Shown: positions 37,370-46,517 of the stretch, in pieces
How positions within the stretch are numbered: the stretch's first letter is position 1
Layout of the letters: every line of letters starts with the position of its first letter
Assembly: GCA_002773795.1 (NCBI GenBank)
Contig: PFAD01000008.1
Coordinates: 61,699 to 125,698, forward strand
Source of the DNA: Chlamydiae bacterium CG10_big_fil_rev_8_21_14_0_10_42_34
GTDB lineage: Bacteria > Chlamydiota > Chlamydiia > Chlamydiales > SM23-39
Direction: 5' to 3'
Length of the DNA: 64,000 nucleotides
Program-made: the position numbers and the translations under genes
Notes under the pieces: generated by a model
What the model saw: the letters and a program-made list of their open reading frames with translations, nothing else
Told to the model about the DNA's origin: nothing
Database searches by the model: none

Positions 37370-38146
37370 ATGAAGCGCTTTTGTACCTTTATTTTATTTG
37401 TCTCTTTTATCCTTACGATCCCTTCCATTGCGAAGCGATTTACTTTTGGATTCCGCCCCGCAAAGATGAGGGTTGAGTTCCCATCGAATCCCGAGTGGGA
37501 AACCCCGTTGACCGAAGATGTGTTGACGATTTTAAAGCAGCCCTATCACTTTATTGGGAAAGGGGCTCAAAGTTACGTGTTCGAAAGTTTTGATAAAAAC
37601 TATGTGATTAAGCTTTTTCGCTATGATCAGCCCAACTCAAGCGATAAAATTGCCCTCCTATTCAATGCGTGTAAAATCGCGTTCGACTCACTTGCTGATG
37701 AGACTGGACTTGTTTTTATCCATTTGAATGAAACCCCTATTGGACTTCCTACTCTATATTGTAAAGATGCAGTGGGACGTAAGTACAAATTTCGGCTCGA
37801 TCGCGTCCGTTTTGCCCTTCAGAAAAAGGCAAAAGATTTTAAGGGAGCCCTTGTTGAAGCAAAAGAAGACAGAGCTTTGATGAAAAAGAGAATCGATCAG
37901 CTTGTCGATCTTCTCGATGCCCGCACGAAAAAGGGGGTTCGCAATTCAGATCCAAGTTTGAGTCGAAATTTTGGATTTTTAGATGACAGGGCCATAGAGT
38001 TTGATTTTGGTAATTACCGTTTGAGTGACGATTTTGACAGGCTTCATGAGATTCAAAGGTACACATCGAAATTAAGGGTTTGGCTTCGTCAGAATGCCCC
38101 TGAATGGGTGAGCTATCTAGACGAACGTGTTGAGGCGCTTCAATGA
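37370..38146 (+). CDS. Membrane-anchored protein-kinase-like fold protein 1
   Basis: Gly loop GKGAQSYVF, YVIK, catalytic-loop-like NSDPSLSRNFG, DFG. Confidence 0.65.
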   Translation: MKRFCTFILFVSFILTIPSIAKRFTFGFRPAKMRVEFPSNPEWETPLTEDVLTILKQPYHFIGKGAQSYVFESFDKNYVIKLFRYDQPNSSDKIALLFNACKIAFDSLADETGLVFIHLNETPIGLPTLYCKDAVGRKYKFRLDRVRFALQKKAKDFKGALVEAKEDRALMKKRIDQLVDLLDARTKKGVRNSDPSLSRNFGFLDDRAIEFDFGNYRLSDDFDRLHEIQRYTSKLRVWLRQNAPEWVSYLDERVEALQ

Positions 38147-38976
38147 TCCGTTTTATCCTAAGCGTGCTTGTTGCTGCTTGCTTAAGCACAATTGCTTTGA
38201 TTCGGACTGATGGCTTTTCCCCTTCGATTTTAGTCCGGCCCTCTTCTCTAATTCAGTCTGATGATGTACCCATAGAAGTTCAAACAGCTCTTTGCCAGCC
38301 CTATCGTTACTTGAGTAAGGGGAGACAATGTTTTGTCTTTGAGAGCGAAGATGGAAAATATGTCCTTAAGTTTTTCAACCACAAATACCTCAAGATGCCT
38401 TGGTACTCATTTTTCGCAGAGGAGAAAGAAAGAGCAAAGCGCTCATTACGCCATCACTTTTATGAAAATAGCTATGAGATTGCTCAAAGAGAATTTGGCG
38501 ATGAGATCTTTTATTTGCATTTAGGGAAAGGGGCTCAGCTTCCGAAAATTTGTATTACTGACAAGGCAAGTAGAGATTACGATTTAGATTTGAGTCAGCT
38601 CTCTTTTGTTTTACAGCGTAAAGGACTTGCGTTCTACCCGGTGCTTTCAGCCATTTATGAAAGAGAGGGAATTGAGGGGCTGTGCCGCGAAATTGACTCG
38701 TTTATAGAAATTGTTCAGAGACGCATTTCCAAAAATATTGCCGATGGAGATCAAGATGTCGAGCACAATTGGGGTTATGTAGAGGGGCGAATTTTCCATT
38801 TGGATCCAGGTAGACTCTATTATAAAGGGCCATTTGATCCAAAGAGACAAAGAGAAGAGTGGGTGCGATCTACCCACAATTTTCACAAGTGGCTTTCAAA
38901 ACACTATCCAGAGGCTGCCCAATATTTCGAAAGGGCATCTGCGCTGAAAAAAGATTTTTCTGATAGTGTAAGGTAA
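38143..38976 (+). CDS. Membrane-anchored protein-kinase-like fold protein 2
   Basis: SKGRQCFVF, YVLK, DGDQDVEHNWG, DPG; paralog of the preceding gene. Confidence 0.65.
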   Translation: MIRFILSVLVAACLSTIALIRTDGFSPSILVRPSSLIQSDDVPIEVQTALCQPYRYLSKGRQCFVFESEDGKYVLKFFNHKYLKMPWYSFFAEEKERAKRSLRHHFYENSYEIAQREFGDEIFYLHLGKGAQLPKICITDKASRDYDLDLSQLSFVLQRKGLAFYPVLSAIYEREGIEGLCREIDSFIEIVQRRISKNIADGDQDVEHNWGYVEGRIFHLDPGRLYYKGPFDPKRQREEWVRSTHNFHKWLSKHYPEAAQYFERASALKKDFSDSVR

Positions 38977-40274
38977 TGTTTGAAAAACTTAAAAATTACT
39001 TTCGCTATGAGCTTTGGAATTTTCCTCTCAATCAAGAAAAAGGGTTTCGTAGAGTCTGGATTAAGTGGGTCCGAATCATCTATCTCTCAATTCGGGGCTA
39101 CGTTCAAGATAAGTGTAGCTTAAGTGCATCTTCGTTAACCTATTATACTGTAATGTCTTTGGTTCCCGTTCTTGCAATGGGTTTTGCCATAGCGCGTGGC
39201 TTTGGATATAACGAGGCGTTTAAAAGTGAGCTGCTCCTTCGGTTTGGTCAGCAACAAATTGCTCTTGTCGAGTTGTTTAAATTTGCAGAAGCTTTTTTAG
39301 ATCAAGCAAAAGGGGGAGTGATTGCAGGTGTTGGTCTGGTCGTATTATTTTTAGCGGTGGTCTTTCTTTTGAATAATTTAGAGATCATTTTTAACCATAT
39401 TTGGGGAATCAAAAGTGTTCGATCTTGGAGACGAATTTTAAGTGATTATTTCTCTTTGATGTTATTGACCCCTATTTTATTTGTATTAGCTAGTAGCGGG
39501 ACAGTATTTGTGGTCAAATATCTTGGTAGTGGAGTTGAGCTGCTTCCACTTTCTCCTCGAATCAGTGGTGTGATCTATTTTTTAATTCAGCTAATTCCTT
39601 ATGGGCTCTTCTGGATTTTTTATACCTTTATTTTCCTCTTTATGCCGAACACAAAAGTGAAATTTAGCTCTGCTTGTATAGCGGGAATTTTCACAGGATG
39701 TCTTTATTTGCTTGTCCAATGGGCCTACATTTACTTTCAAGTGGGGGCGGCAAGGTATGGAGCCATTTATGGAAAGTTAGCCGCTTTACCTCTTTTTTTG
39801 GTTTGGATCCAAACGAGTTGGTTTCTTACGTTATTTGGTGCAGAGCTTAGCCATGCACATCAGACATATGATGAGCATGAATTTGAAGGGAAGGCCCTAG
39901 ACGCAAGTGCTAATTTTAAGAAACTCTTGAGTCTTTGGATAACCCACTTAGCCGTTAAGAAAGGATATTTAACCAAGAGCTTACTCATCCATCGCTACCA
40001 GATTCCAAGCTTGCTTTTGACCCCTATTTTACAAAATCTTGTCGATTGTAATGTCCTTTATGAGGCCAGAGATGGCTTCGTCCCGTCAGCTGAAGCTATG
40101 GAGATGAAAGTCTCTGATTTAATAGGAACTCTCGATTTTAAAGGGGAAAATGATTTCCCATTTATCAAGTCGAAAGAGCTCTCCTGCTTTGAGACTGCAC
40201 TAGAACTTTTTTCTAAACAAATAGAGTCTTCACCCGATAACATAAGAATAAGCCATGTACCCAATCAGATTTGA
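38976..40274 (+). CDS. YihY/virulence factor BrkB family membrane protein
   Basis: ASSLTYYTVMSLVPVLA, YGAIYGKLAALPLFLVWIQTSW..TLFGAE. Confidence 0.9.
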   Translation: MFEKLKNYFRYELWNFPLNQEKGFRRVWIKWVRIIYLSIRGYVQDKCSLSASSLTYYTVMSLVPVLAMGFAIARGFGYNEAFKSELLLRFGQQQIALVELFKFAEAFLDQAKGGVIAGVGLVVLFLAVVFLLNNLEIIFNHIWGIKSVRSWRRILSDYFSLMLLTPILFVLASSGTVFVVKYLGSGVELLPLSPRISGVIYFLIQLIPYGLFWIFYTFIFLFMPNTKVKFSSACIAGIFTGCLYLLVQWAYIYFQVGAARYGAIYGKLAALPLFLVWIQTSWFLTLFGAELSHAHQTYDEHEFEGKALDASANFKKLLSLWITHLAVKKGYLTKSLLIHRYQIPSLLLTPILQNLVDCNVLYEARDGFVPSAEAMEMKVSDLIGTLDFKGENDFPFIKSKELSCFETALELFSKQIESSPDNIRISHVPNQI

Positions 40275-41190
40275 ACCCATTTACCAAGATTACGTATGGG
40301 GAGGCGATCGCATTGCCTCAACATTTCATCGAGATGTGAAAAAGCCCCGCATTGCGGAAAGCTGGGAGATGTCGGACAGGGAAGATGCGATGAGCGTTGT
40401 TATGAATGGGACGCTCAAAGGGAAAACTCTCCATCAACTTGTCGTTGAAATGGGAGAAGAACTTTTAGGAGTTGGGCAAAAATGGGATCGTTTTCCTCTC
40501 CTTTTAAAAGTGATCGATGCGAAAGAGAACTTAAGTATCCAAGTGCATCCGGATGAATTTACGGCAAAAGAACATGGCGGAGAGCCAAAAACTGAAACGT
40601 GGGTCATTCTTGAAGATGGAACTGTGTATGCAGGACTAAAAAAAGGGGTGGATGAAAAGCAGCTTCGGGCTGCAATCAAGTCAAACAAGGCAGAAGATCT
40701 CATCGAGAAAATTGATGTAAAAAAAGGGGATGCCATTTTTATCCCAGGTGGGCGAGTTCATGCAATTTGTGGGGGAACTTTACTTTATGAAGTTCAACAA
40801 AACTCTAATACCACATATCGTCTTTACGATTGGGGAAGAACCGGAAGGGATCTTCACCTAAAAGAGGGCTTTGCTGCGATCCACTGGCATGATCTGGGTC
40901 ATGCAAAAGTGGAGCCTAGGCGCATTAGTAGCGACTTACATCATCAGCTTGTCTCTTTAATTACCTCTCCATTTTTTGTCGTAGAGAGGATTGATATTTT
41001 TAAAAACTTTCATTTGGCCTCCATTCCTAAAACATTTCAGATCTTTTTTTGTTTGCAGGGCGAGGGACAGATTATTGTCGATTCCTATAAAGAACCCTTT
41101 CATCCAGGGATGACCTACTTGGTTCCAGCTAGCTCGAAATCCATTGATTTTGAAGGCAAATGCCAAGCTTTAAGAGTGAGATTGCCCTAG
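40255..41190 (+). CDS. manA: Class I mannose-6-phosphate isomerase
   Basis: YVWGG, AESWE, FPLLLKVIDA.ENLSIQVHP, KTETW, HAI, EVQQNSNTTYRLYDW. Confidence 0.92.
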   Translation: MYPIRFEPIYQDYVWGGDRIASTFHRDVKKPRIAESWEMSDREDAMSVVMNGTLKGKTLHQLVVEMGEELLGVGQKWDRFPLLLKVIDAKENLSIQVHPDEFTAKEHGGEPKTETWVILEDGTVYAGLKKGVDEKQLRAAIKSNKAEDLIEKIDVKKGDAIFIPGGRVHAICGGTLLYEVQQNSNTTYRLYDWGRTGRDLHLKEGFAAIHWHDLGHAKVEPRRISSDLHHQLVSLITSPFFVVERIDIFKNFHLASIPKTFQIFFCLQGEGQIIVDSYKEPFHPGMTYLVPASSKSIDFEGKCQALRVRLP

Positions 41191-42147
41191 TAGAGCCTGC
41201 TTAGCTAAAGCAAGACCGCTAAGCTCTGATATTTTGTCCCCAATTGCACTTGCTTCAATGCGGCAGGCATTAATATTTTCTCTCCATGCAAAATGAGGGA
41301 GGAGCTTTTTTAATGGATCTAGCATTAAATTTTTGCTGTGGATAGCCATTGTTCCTAAAATAAGAGCTTCTGGATTGAAATTCATTAAAACAACGCCGAT
41401 CCCTTGAGCAAGGCGTACAATGTATTCATCCCAAACTTTTTGTGCATAAGGATCTTTTTTCTCAAGAGCTTGGATAAGACAGGCCGCATCGACTTGTTCG
41501 ATTTGCCCTTTTGCTATAGTTAGAACTTCGGTTTTGATGCTATTTTGAGCAATTTCTTCTTTCATCTTGGCGGCAAGTGCGGCTCCTCCACAGTACATTT
41601 CAAAGCAGCCATGTTGGCCGCAAGGGCATTTAGGACCATTGATATCGAGAACAAAGTGGCCCACTTCGGCAGCGGTATCTGATGCGCCTTGAACCAGTTG
41701 CCCGTTTGCAACAGCGCCTCCACCCATTCCTGTACTACATGTGAGATAGACTAAATTCGAAGTCCCTTTAAACTGTCCGAATTGGAATTCAGCTAAAGCG
41801 GCAGCATTTGCATCGTTATTCATCATCACTTTTTTCTGAAATGCATTTTTGAAAAAATCGATAAGAGGGGCATTTTCCCAGCCAGGAAGATTGGGCGGCT
41901 TGAGCATTTTTCCCTCTTTAGTCGAAATCGGACCCGGTGAAGAAATGCCAATGGCTCCAATTTGCGAAAGGTCGATTTTTTCCTCTTCGAGCATTTTTTT
42001 GATCTCTTGTTCGATTGCAGGAAGGGCATTTTCAGACCCTTTTAGCTCTTGGGTTGGGAGACGCCTTGATTCAATGATGTTTCCTTGATCATCTCCCACA
42101 CAAACGCAAATTTTGGTTCCCCCAATATCGATTCCTACTAAATGCAT
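41170..42147 (-). CDS. ROK family sugar kinase
   Basis: GIDIGGTKI, NDANAAALAE, STGMGGG, EVGH, CPCGQHGCFE. Confidence 0.93.
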   Translation of the reverse strand: MHLVGIDIGGTKICVCVGDDQGNIIESRRLPTQELKGSENALPAIEQEIKKMLEEEKIDLSQIGAIGISSPGPISTKEGKMLKPPNLPGWENAPLIDFFKNAFQKKVMMNNDANAAALAEFQFGQFKGTSNLVYLTCSTGMGGGAVANGQLVQGASDTAAEVGHFVLDINGPKCPCGQHGCFEMYCGGAALAAKMKEEIAQNSIKTEVLTIAKGQIEQVDAACLIQALEKKDPYAQKVWDEYIVRLAQGIGVVLMNFNPEALILGTMAIHSKNLMLDPLKKLLPHFAWRENINACRIEASAIGDKISELSGLALAKQALLGQSHS

Positions 42148-42148
42148 T

Positions 42149-42658
42149 TTACCTCTTTAATTTTTCTAAAATCGCTTTGCAAAAGTGGGGAAGATCTTGA
42201 GGAGTTCTCGAGGTGATCAAATGCCCATCAATGACAACAGGTTCATCTACGTATTGCGCTCCCGCATTTTCAAGATCATCTCGAATTGCACTAAAGCCTG
42301 TCACTTTTTTGTTTTTCAATATTTTAGCAGAAATAGGGACCCAGCCTGCGTGGCAGATAAAGGCGATCAATGCTTTTTTTTCGTTGAATTGCCGGACAAT
42401 TTCTAGCGCCTTTGGGTATCTTCGTATTTTGTCAGGAGCATAACCGCCCGCAATTACGAGGGCAGAAAATGAGTTAACATCTACTTGGTCATATGAAATG
42501 TCCGATTTGCATGGATATCCATGTTTGCCAAAATAGACTTTATCTTTAAAAGCTGCAGCAACAACAGTTTTGTACCCTTCTTCTTCCATTCGAATTTTAG
42601 GATACCAAAGTTCTAAATCTTCGTAGGTTTCATCGGCAAAAAATAAAATCTGTTTCAT
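42149..42658 (-). CDS. pfpI: DJ-1/PfpI family protein (type 1 glutamine amidotransferase domain)
   Basis: YEDLELWYP, AGGYAPD, ICHAGW, LITSRTPQDL. Confidence 0.9.
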   Translation of the reverse strand: MKQILFFADETYEDLELWYPKIRMEEEGYKTVVAAAFKDKVYFGKHGYPCKSDISYDQVDVNSFSALVIAGGYAPDKIRRYPKALEIVRQFNEKKALIAFICHAGWVPISAKILKNKKVTGFSAIRDDLENAGAQYVDEPVVIDGHLITSRTPQDLPHFCKAILEKLKR

Positions 42659-42763
42659 GAAATTTACCTTTTTTTAGATTTCATACTCTATGAATTTGCA
42701 GAGCAAAAATCCAATTTATGAATCGCATTGCCATTAAAACGAATGATAGCATAAATTTTGATT

Positions 42764-43588
42764 ATGTCTTTAGTTCGTAGAAGTTCCACCCTTTTTCTTA
42801 TTTTAGGTGCACTGATGGCCTTTTGCAATATTTTGCCTTTGGCTATTTTTCTTCTATGGCTTGGCTTTATTCAAGTTTTCAATGCACTTGCAATTGGGCT
42901 GCCATTTGAAAGGGCTGTTCATTGGCTACATGCGATGACGTTTGAGCCTCTTGCGTGTTTTGGTGTATTTGTCTTGAGGTTTTGTCCTCTTAAAGAATCT
43001 CATGTAGGGGATAAACAACCAATTTTACTTGTTCATGGCTATGGGGATCATAAAAATGTATGGGTTGTCCAAAAAAAGCGTTTGGAAAATCTAGGACTTG
43101 GACCCATCTATACAATTGACTTTGGCAATCCGTTTCGTTCGATTCACCACTATGCTGAGAAGCTAAAAGATAAAGTAGAGTTCATTGCTAAAGAGACAAA
43201 TCGTAGTGATCTTACTTTAATAGGCCACTCAATGGGAGGGCTTGTTTGTAGCTTGTATGCGACAAAGCTTGCTCCAGGAAATACTGTAACGGATCTGATT
43301 ACGATAGCGTCTCCTCTCTTGGGAACCCCGCTTGCGAAGATTGCAATTGGAGACGATGCAAGAGAGATGGAGCCGGATTCTGATTTCATTAAGAACTTAA
43401 GACAAGCCATGCAAGAAAATCGGTCGACTCGGTTTTATCATATCGCCACAAAGTGTGATCAGATTGTCATTCCTGGAGATACAGCAGCCACATTAGATCA
43501 TGAGCATGTCATTTATAAAGACTTAGGCCATGTTAGTTTGCTTTATTCAGGAAGAGTCGCTAAACAAATTCACAAATGGTTAACTTAA
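42764..43588 (+). CDS. Membrane-anchored alpha/beta hydrolase (lipase-like)
   Basis: LLVHG, GHSMGG nucleophile elbow, IASPLLGT, DQIV, LGHVSLL. Confidence 0.88.
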   Translation: MSLVRRSSTLFLILGALMAFCNILPLAIFLLWLGFIQVFNALAIGLPFERAVHWLHAMTFEPLACFGVFVLRFCPLKESHVGDKQPILLVHGYGDHKNVWVVQKKRLENLGLGPIYTIDFGNPFRSIHHYAEKLKDKVEFIAKETNRSDLTLIGHSMGGLVCSLYATKLAPGNTVTDLITIASPLLGTPLAKIAIGDDAREMEPDSDFIKNLRQAMQENRSTRFYHIATKCDQIVIPGDTAATLDHEHVIYKDLGHVSLLYSGRVAKQIHKWLT

Positions 43589-43598
43589 CAACTCATTT

Positions 43599-44066
43599 TT
43601 AAGAGATGCTGGCGTTATCGCCGATGATGGTGATCTGGATCCAAAGATCTTTAGGATCTAAGATGACCTCTTCTTCGTGTGATAGTGTTCGTGGCCAGAT
43701 GTATTTATCTCGTCTGACTTTCCATTTTAATTTATATTTTCCTGGAGGGGTCTGAAAGCTTGCTTGTCCTCGAAATCCGTAAATATCTCGAGGTTTTAGG
43801 GTGATGTTTTGGTTGTTGAAGCTAACACTTTCAATTTGTACCCCTTGTGGACTTGGGTCATTGTTGATGAGGATTTGGACCCGGATCAATTTTGGGTTTC
43901 CTGGTATTTTTTTGTTGGGGCCAAGGTATTCATTTACGTTTTGTGCGATGAGAGAAGAGTTGGTTGTAAGGGGGATGTTGCCTTGTTTGATAAAAAGGGC
44001 CGTGGCGAGCACTGATAAAGTAGCGCCAAAGAGGAGGATGGATTGAAAAAGTCGTTCTGAGCCCAT
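43599..44066 (-). CDS. Hypothetical membrane-anchored protein
   Basis: 155-aa ORF with an N-terminal hydrophobic helix and a beta-rich C-terminus. Confidence 0.65.
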   Translation of the reverse strand: MGSERLFQSILLFGATLSVLATALFIKQGNIPLTTNSSLIAQNVNEYLGPNKKIPGNPKLIRVQILINNDPSPQGVQIESVSFNNQNITLKPRDIYGFRGQASFQTPPGKYKLKWKVRRDKYIWPRTLSHEEEVILDPKDLWIQITIIGDNASIS

Positions 44067-44155
44067 AACTTGATCTAACCAAGTGGGCCCATTTTATTCA
44101 AGTTTGCAAAAATTATCAGAAGAAGATATGAGAAAACTTCTACCTGGAGTGATCT

Positions 44156-44953
44156 ATGAAGGCCCTTTTCTCAAGTACCCTATTGGTATTATCAACTTTT
44201 CAAAGCCTAGATGCAGCAGAAAGCATTCGCACAATGGCTGTAGCTCGTACACCTGAGTCTAGCACGATTTCACTTAAGATTGCGGTCCCAGAAAATGACC
44301 AAGTAGTGGGAAGGCCCGTTTATATTCAGTTCCGAATTGACGGCTACGCGTTGGGTGCTGCATCTCAGTTTCAAAGAGCTGACGAAGTTGTAGTGACAAA
44401 TATGGGACAAACTGTCCATGTTGTCATCGATGATCACCCTTACTTTGCCATTAATGAGCCTGCTTTAGATCCATTTGAAGAAGGTGGATTTTACTACGAT
44501 ACGAGCTATAAATTTAAAATCCCATTTGGACTTAAAAATGGGATGCATACCGTGCGCATGTTTCCAGCCCGCTCGTTTGGAGAGAGCTTAAAGGGAGAAA
44601 ACACATTTGCCGCGATCAATTTTTATGTGGGAAGTGAAACAGGATCTTCTCAAATCGATCTGTCAGCCCCTTTTATTACGTATAATGAACCAAGCGACCA
44701 GATGTATCTTGTTCAAGATAAGCCGGTATTACTCGATTTTTACGTTAGTAATGCTGAGCTAAGTCCCGATGGATATAAGGTTCGGGTATCTATTGATGGG
44801 AAAGTGATTCAAACAGTGACTTCTTGGCAGCCCTTTTATATTTATGGTTTGAAAAAGGGGCGTCACACTGTTCGTTTAGAGTTGCTTAACAGCAAAAACA
44901 AACGAGTTTCAGGTGTTTCTAACGATATAACGCAGACGATTACGGTCCATTAG
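44156..44953 (+). CDS. Exported hypothetical protein with two Ig-like halves
   Basis: Signal peptide; repeated HxVxxDxxP...GxHTVR motif (LKNGMHTVRMF, LKKGRHTVRLE). Confidence 0.7.
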   Translation: MKALFSSTLLVLSTFQSLDAAESIRTMAVARTPESSTISLKIAVPENDQVVGRPVYIQFRIDGYALGAASQFQRADEVVVTNMGQTVHVVIDDHPYFAINEPALDPFEEGGFYYDTSYKFKIPFGLKNGMHTVRMFPARSFGESLKGENTFAAINFYVGSETGSSQIDLSAPFITYNEPSDQMYLVQDKPVLLDFYVSNAELSPDGYKVRVSIDGKVIQTVTSWQPFYIYGLKKGRHTVRLELLNSKNKRVSGVSNDITQTITVH

Positions 44954-46363
44954 TCATTCCAATGGGCAGTAGAACTTATGGCACCACTCGTTAAAGCCAC
45001 TTAAGATCGCTGCCCTAAACTTTTGAACAATTTCAGGGCATTCAACCCTGAGGATAAAACCCATCGCCGATGTATCGTTGATTTCTAGAAATGAGGTCGT
45101 TAAATCGTGTGTTGAAATTTTAAGGGGGGCAATTGCATTGAGAACGCTCTCTTTAAAGCTCGAGTCTTGAGCTGTGATAAAGCAGAGGAAGAACTTTTCA
45201 ATCGACTCTCCTAGAACTTGATACGGCTGTACTTTTAGATCAGATTTTAACACCGTGCGTAAAAGCTCGTAGTGTTTATTTAAGGTGGCAGTATCATGGA
45301 CCGTTTGCATGATGCCAGGTTTTAAGGAGTAAAAGTAGTTTTCTAATAAAAACTCACTTTCTGCTGAGAGTTTTCCTAAATCTTGTCTGAGTAGGTTAAG
45401 AGCTTCGTCTTGTTTCAGGATCATTCCCCCATTAAAGTCTCTAAATTCACCGAGGCAGTCGCTCAGCTCTCCAACGATTTTTTGCCTTGCTTTCAAGAGA
45501 TCAACAGAATGGTCGGGTCGGAAAAATGGCCTTTTATCAATAGTAATCCGAAAAATTGCCCCCTCTTTTACATATTTTTGCTTCACATATCCCGTAAAGC
45601 GCACATCTTCTATATCCAATTTGATGCGGCTTTTTTCTAAAATTTTTCTCAAAGGTTCCATTGCTCCTTTTAACAGGCGAGCGACAATGATTGTGAAGGT
45701 GAGATCGATATGGGTTTGTTTTTCGTAGTGGATGCTTACTTGGGGGAGATCTTTTACATATTTAATCTGTTTAGAAAGGACAATTAAATTTCGAATTGTC
45801 TCCTCTTCATTCCTTGGCATGAAGATCGGGTGGAGGATATGATTGCTCCCTCGAACAAATTGAGAGGGGAGTTTTTGCTTCAATTCTTGAATGACTTCGG
45901 GAAGATTTTTTCGAATTATCTTATTTTCGCTCTCATTTCTGATCGATACAATCTCTTGAGCGATATAAAACCTACGCGATGAGCTCATAGCAAACTGGAA
46001 TTGGAAGTTAATTCCTCCAACAATTTCCAGCTGTTTTCCCGGGGTGAGAGATTTGGTTAATGTATCGATCACAAATCGCCTTGCATGGTAGGTATATTCT
46101 TCCGGGCAGAGGTAGGTAACAGTTACAAATTGGCTCGTCTCATCAAGATGAGAGCACTTAAATAGGGGGAGCATTGAGACGAGACGGTAATAGATCATTT
46201 CTGGATCAGAGTTTAACTTCATCTCATTCCAGAGGGATTCAGGGATAATCCCATCGACAATTTGTTGGATCAGGTTGAGGAAAAATGAGTTGTTGTATCC
46301 GTTTAAAGGCTGGATGAGGAAAAAGTGGGAGAAAGGGATGATCTGTGTTTTATGTAACGTCAT
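44954..46363 (-). CDS. Conserved-looking hypothetical cytoplasmic protein downstream of oppA
   Basis: Long ORF containing FMPRNEEETIRNL, GEFRDFNGGMILKQ; true start uncertain, likely downstream of 46363. Confidence 0.65.
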   Translation of the reverse strand: MTLHKTQIIPFSHFFLIQPLNGYNNSFFLNLIQQIVDGIIPESLWNEMKLNSDPEMIYYRLVSMLPLFKCSHLDETSQFVTVTYLCPEEYTYHARRFVIDTLTKSLTPGKQLEIVGGINFQFQFAMSSSRRFYIAQEIVSIRNESENKIIRKNLPEVIQELKQKLPSQFVRGSNHILHPIFMPRNEEETIRNLIVLSKQIKYVKDLPQVSIHYEKQTHIDLTFTIIVARLLKGAMEPLRKILEKSRIKLDIEDVRFTGYVKQKYVKEGAIFRITIDKRPFFRPDHSVDLLKARQKIVGELSDCLGEFRDFNGGMILKQDEALNLLRQDLGKLSAESEFLLENYFYSLKPGIMQTVHDTATLNKHYELLRTVLKSDLKVQPYQVLGESIEKFFLCFITAQDSSFKESVLNAIAPLKISTHDLTTSFLEINDTSAMGFILRVECPEIVQKFRAAILSGFNEWCHKFYCPLE

Positions 46364-46517
46364 AGCTTACGCACCCAATGCCTATCTTAAAAAAGTTAAC
46401 GTAAAACTTATGAAATATTTATTTATATTTTGCAAGAAGGGAATGAAAACGGGTGCAAGTTTGAATCTATTCTATCGGCATATTATTGAAGTTTTTCCCC
46501 CCTAAGTTGAAGATGCT

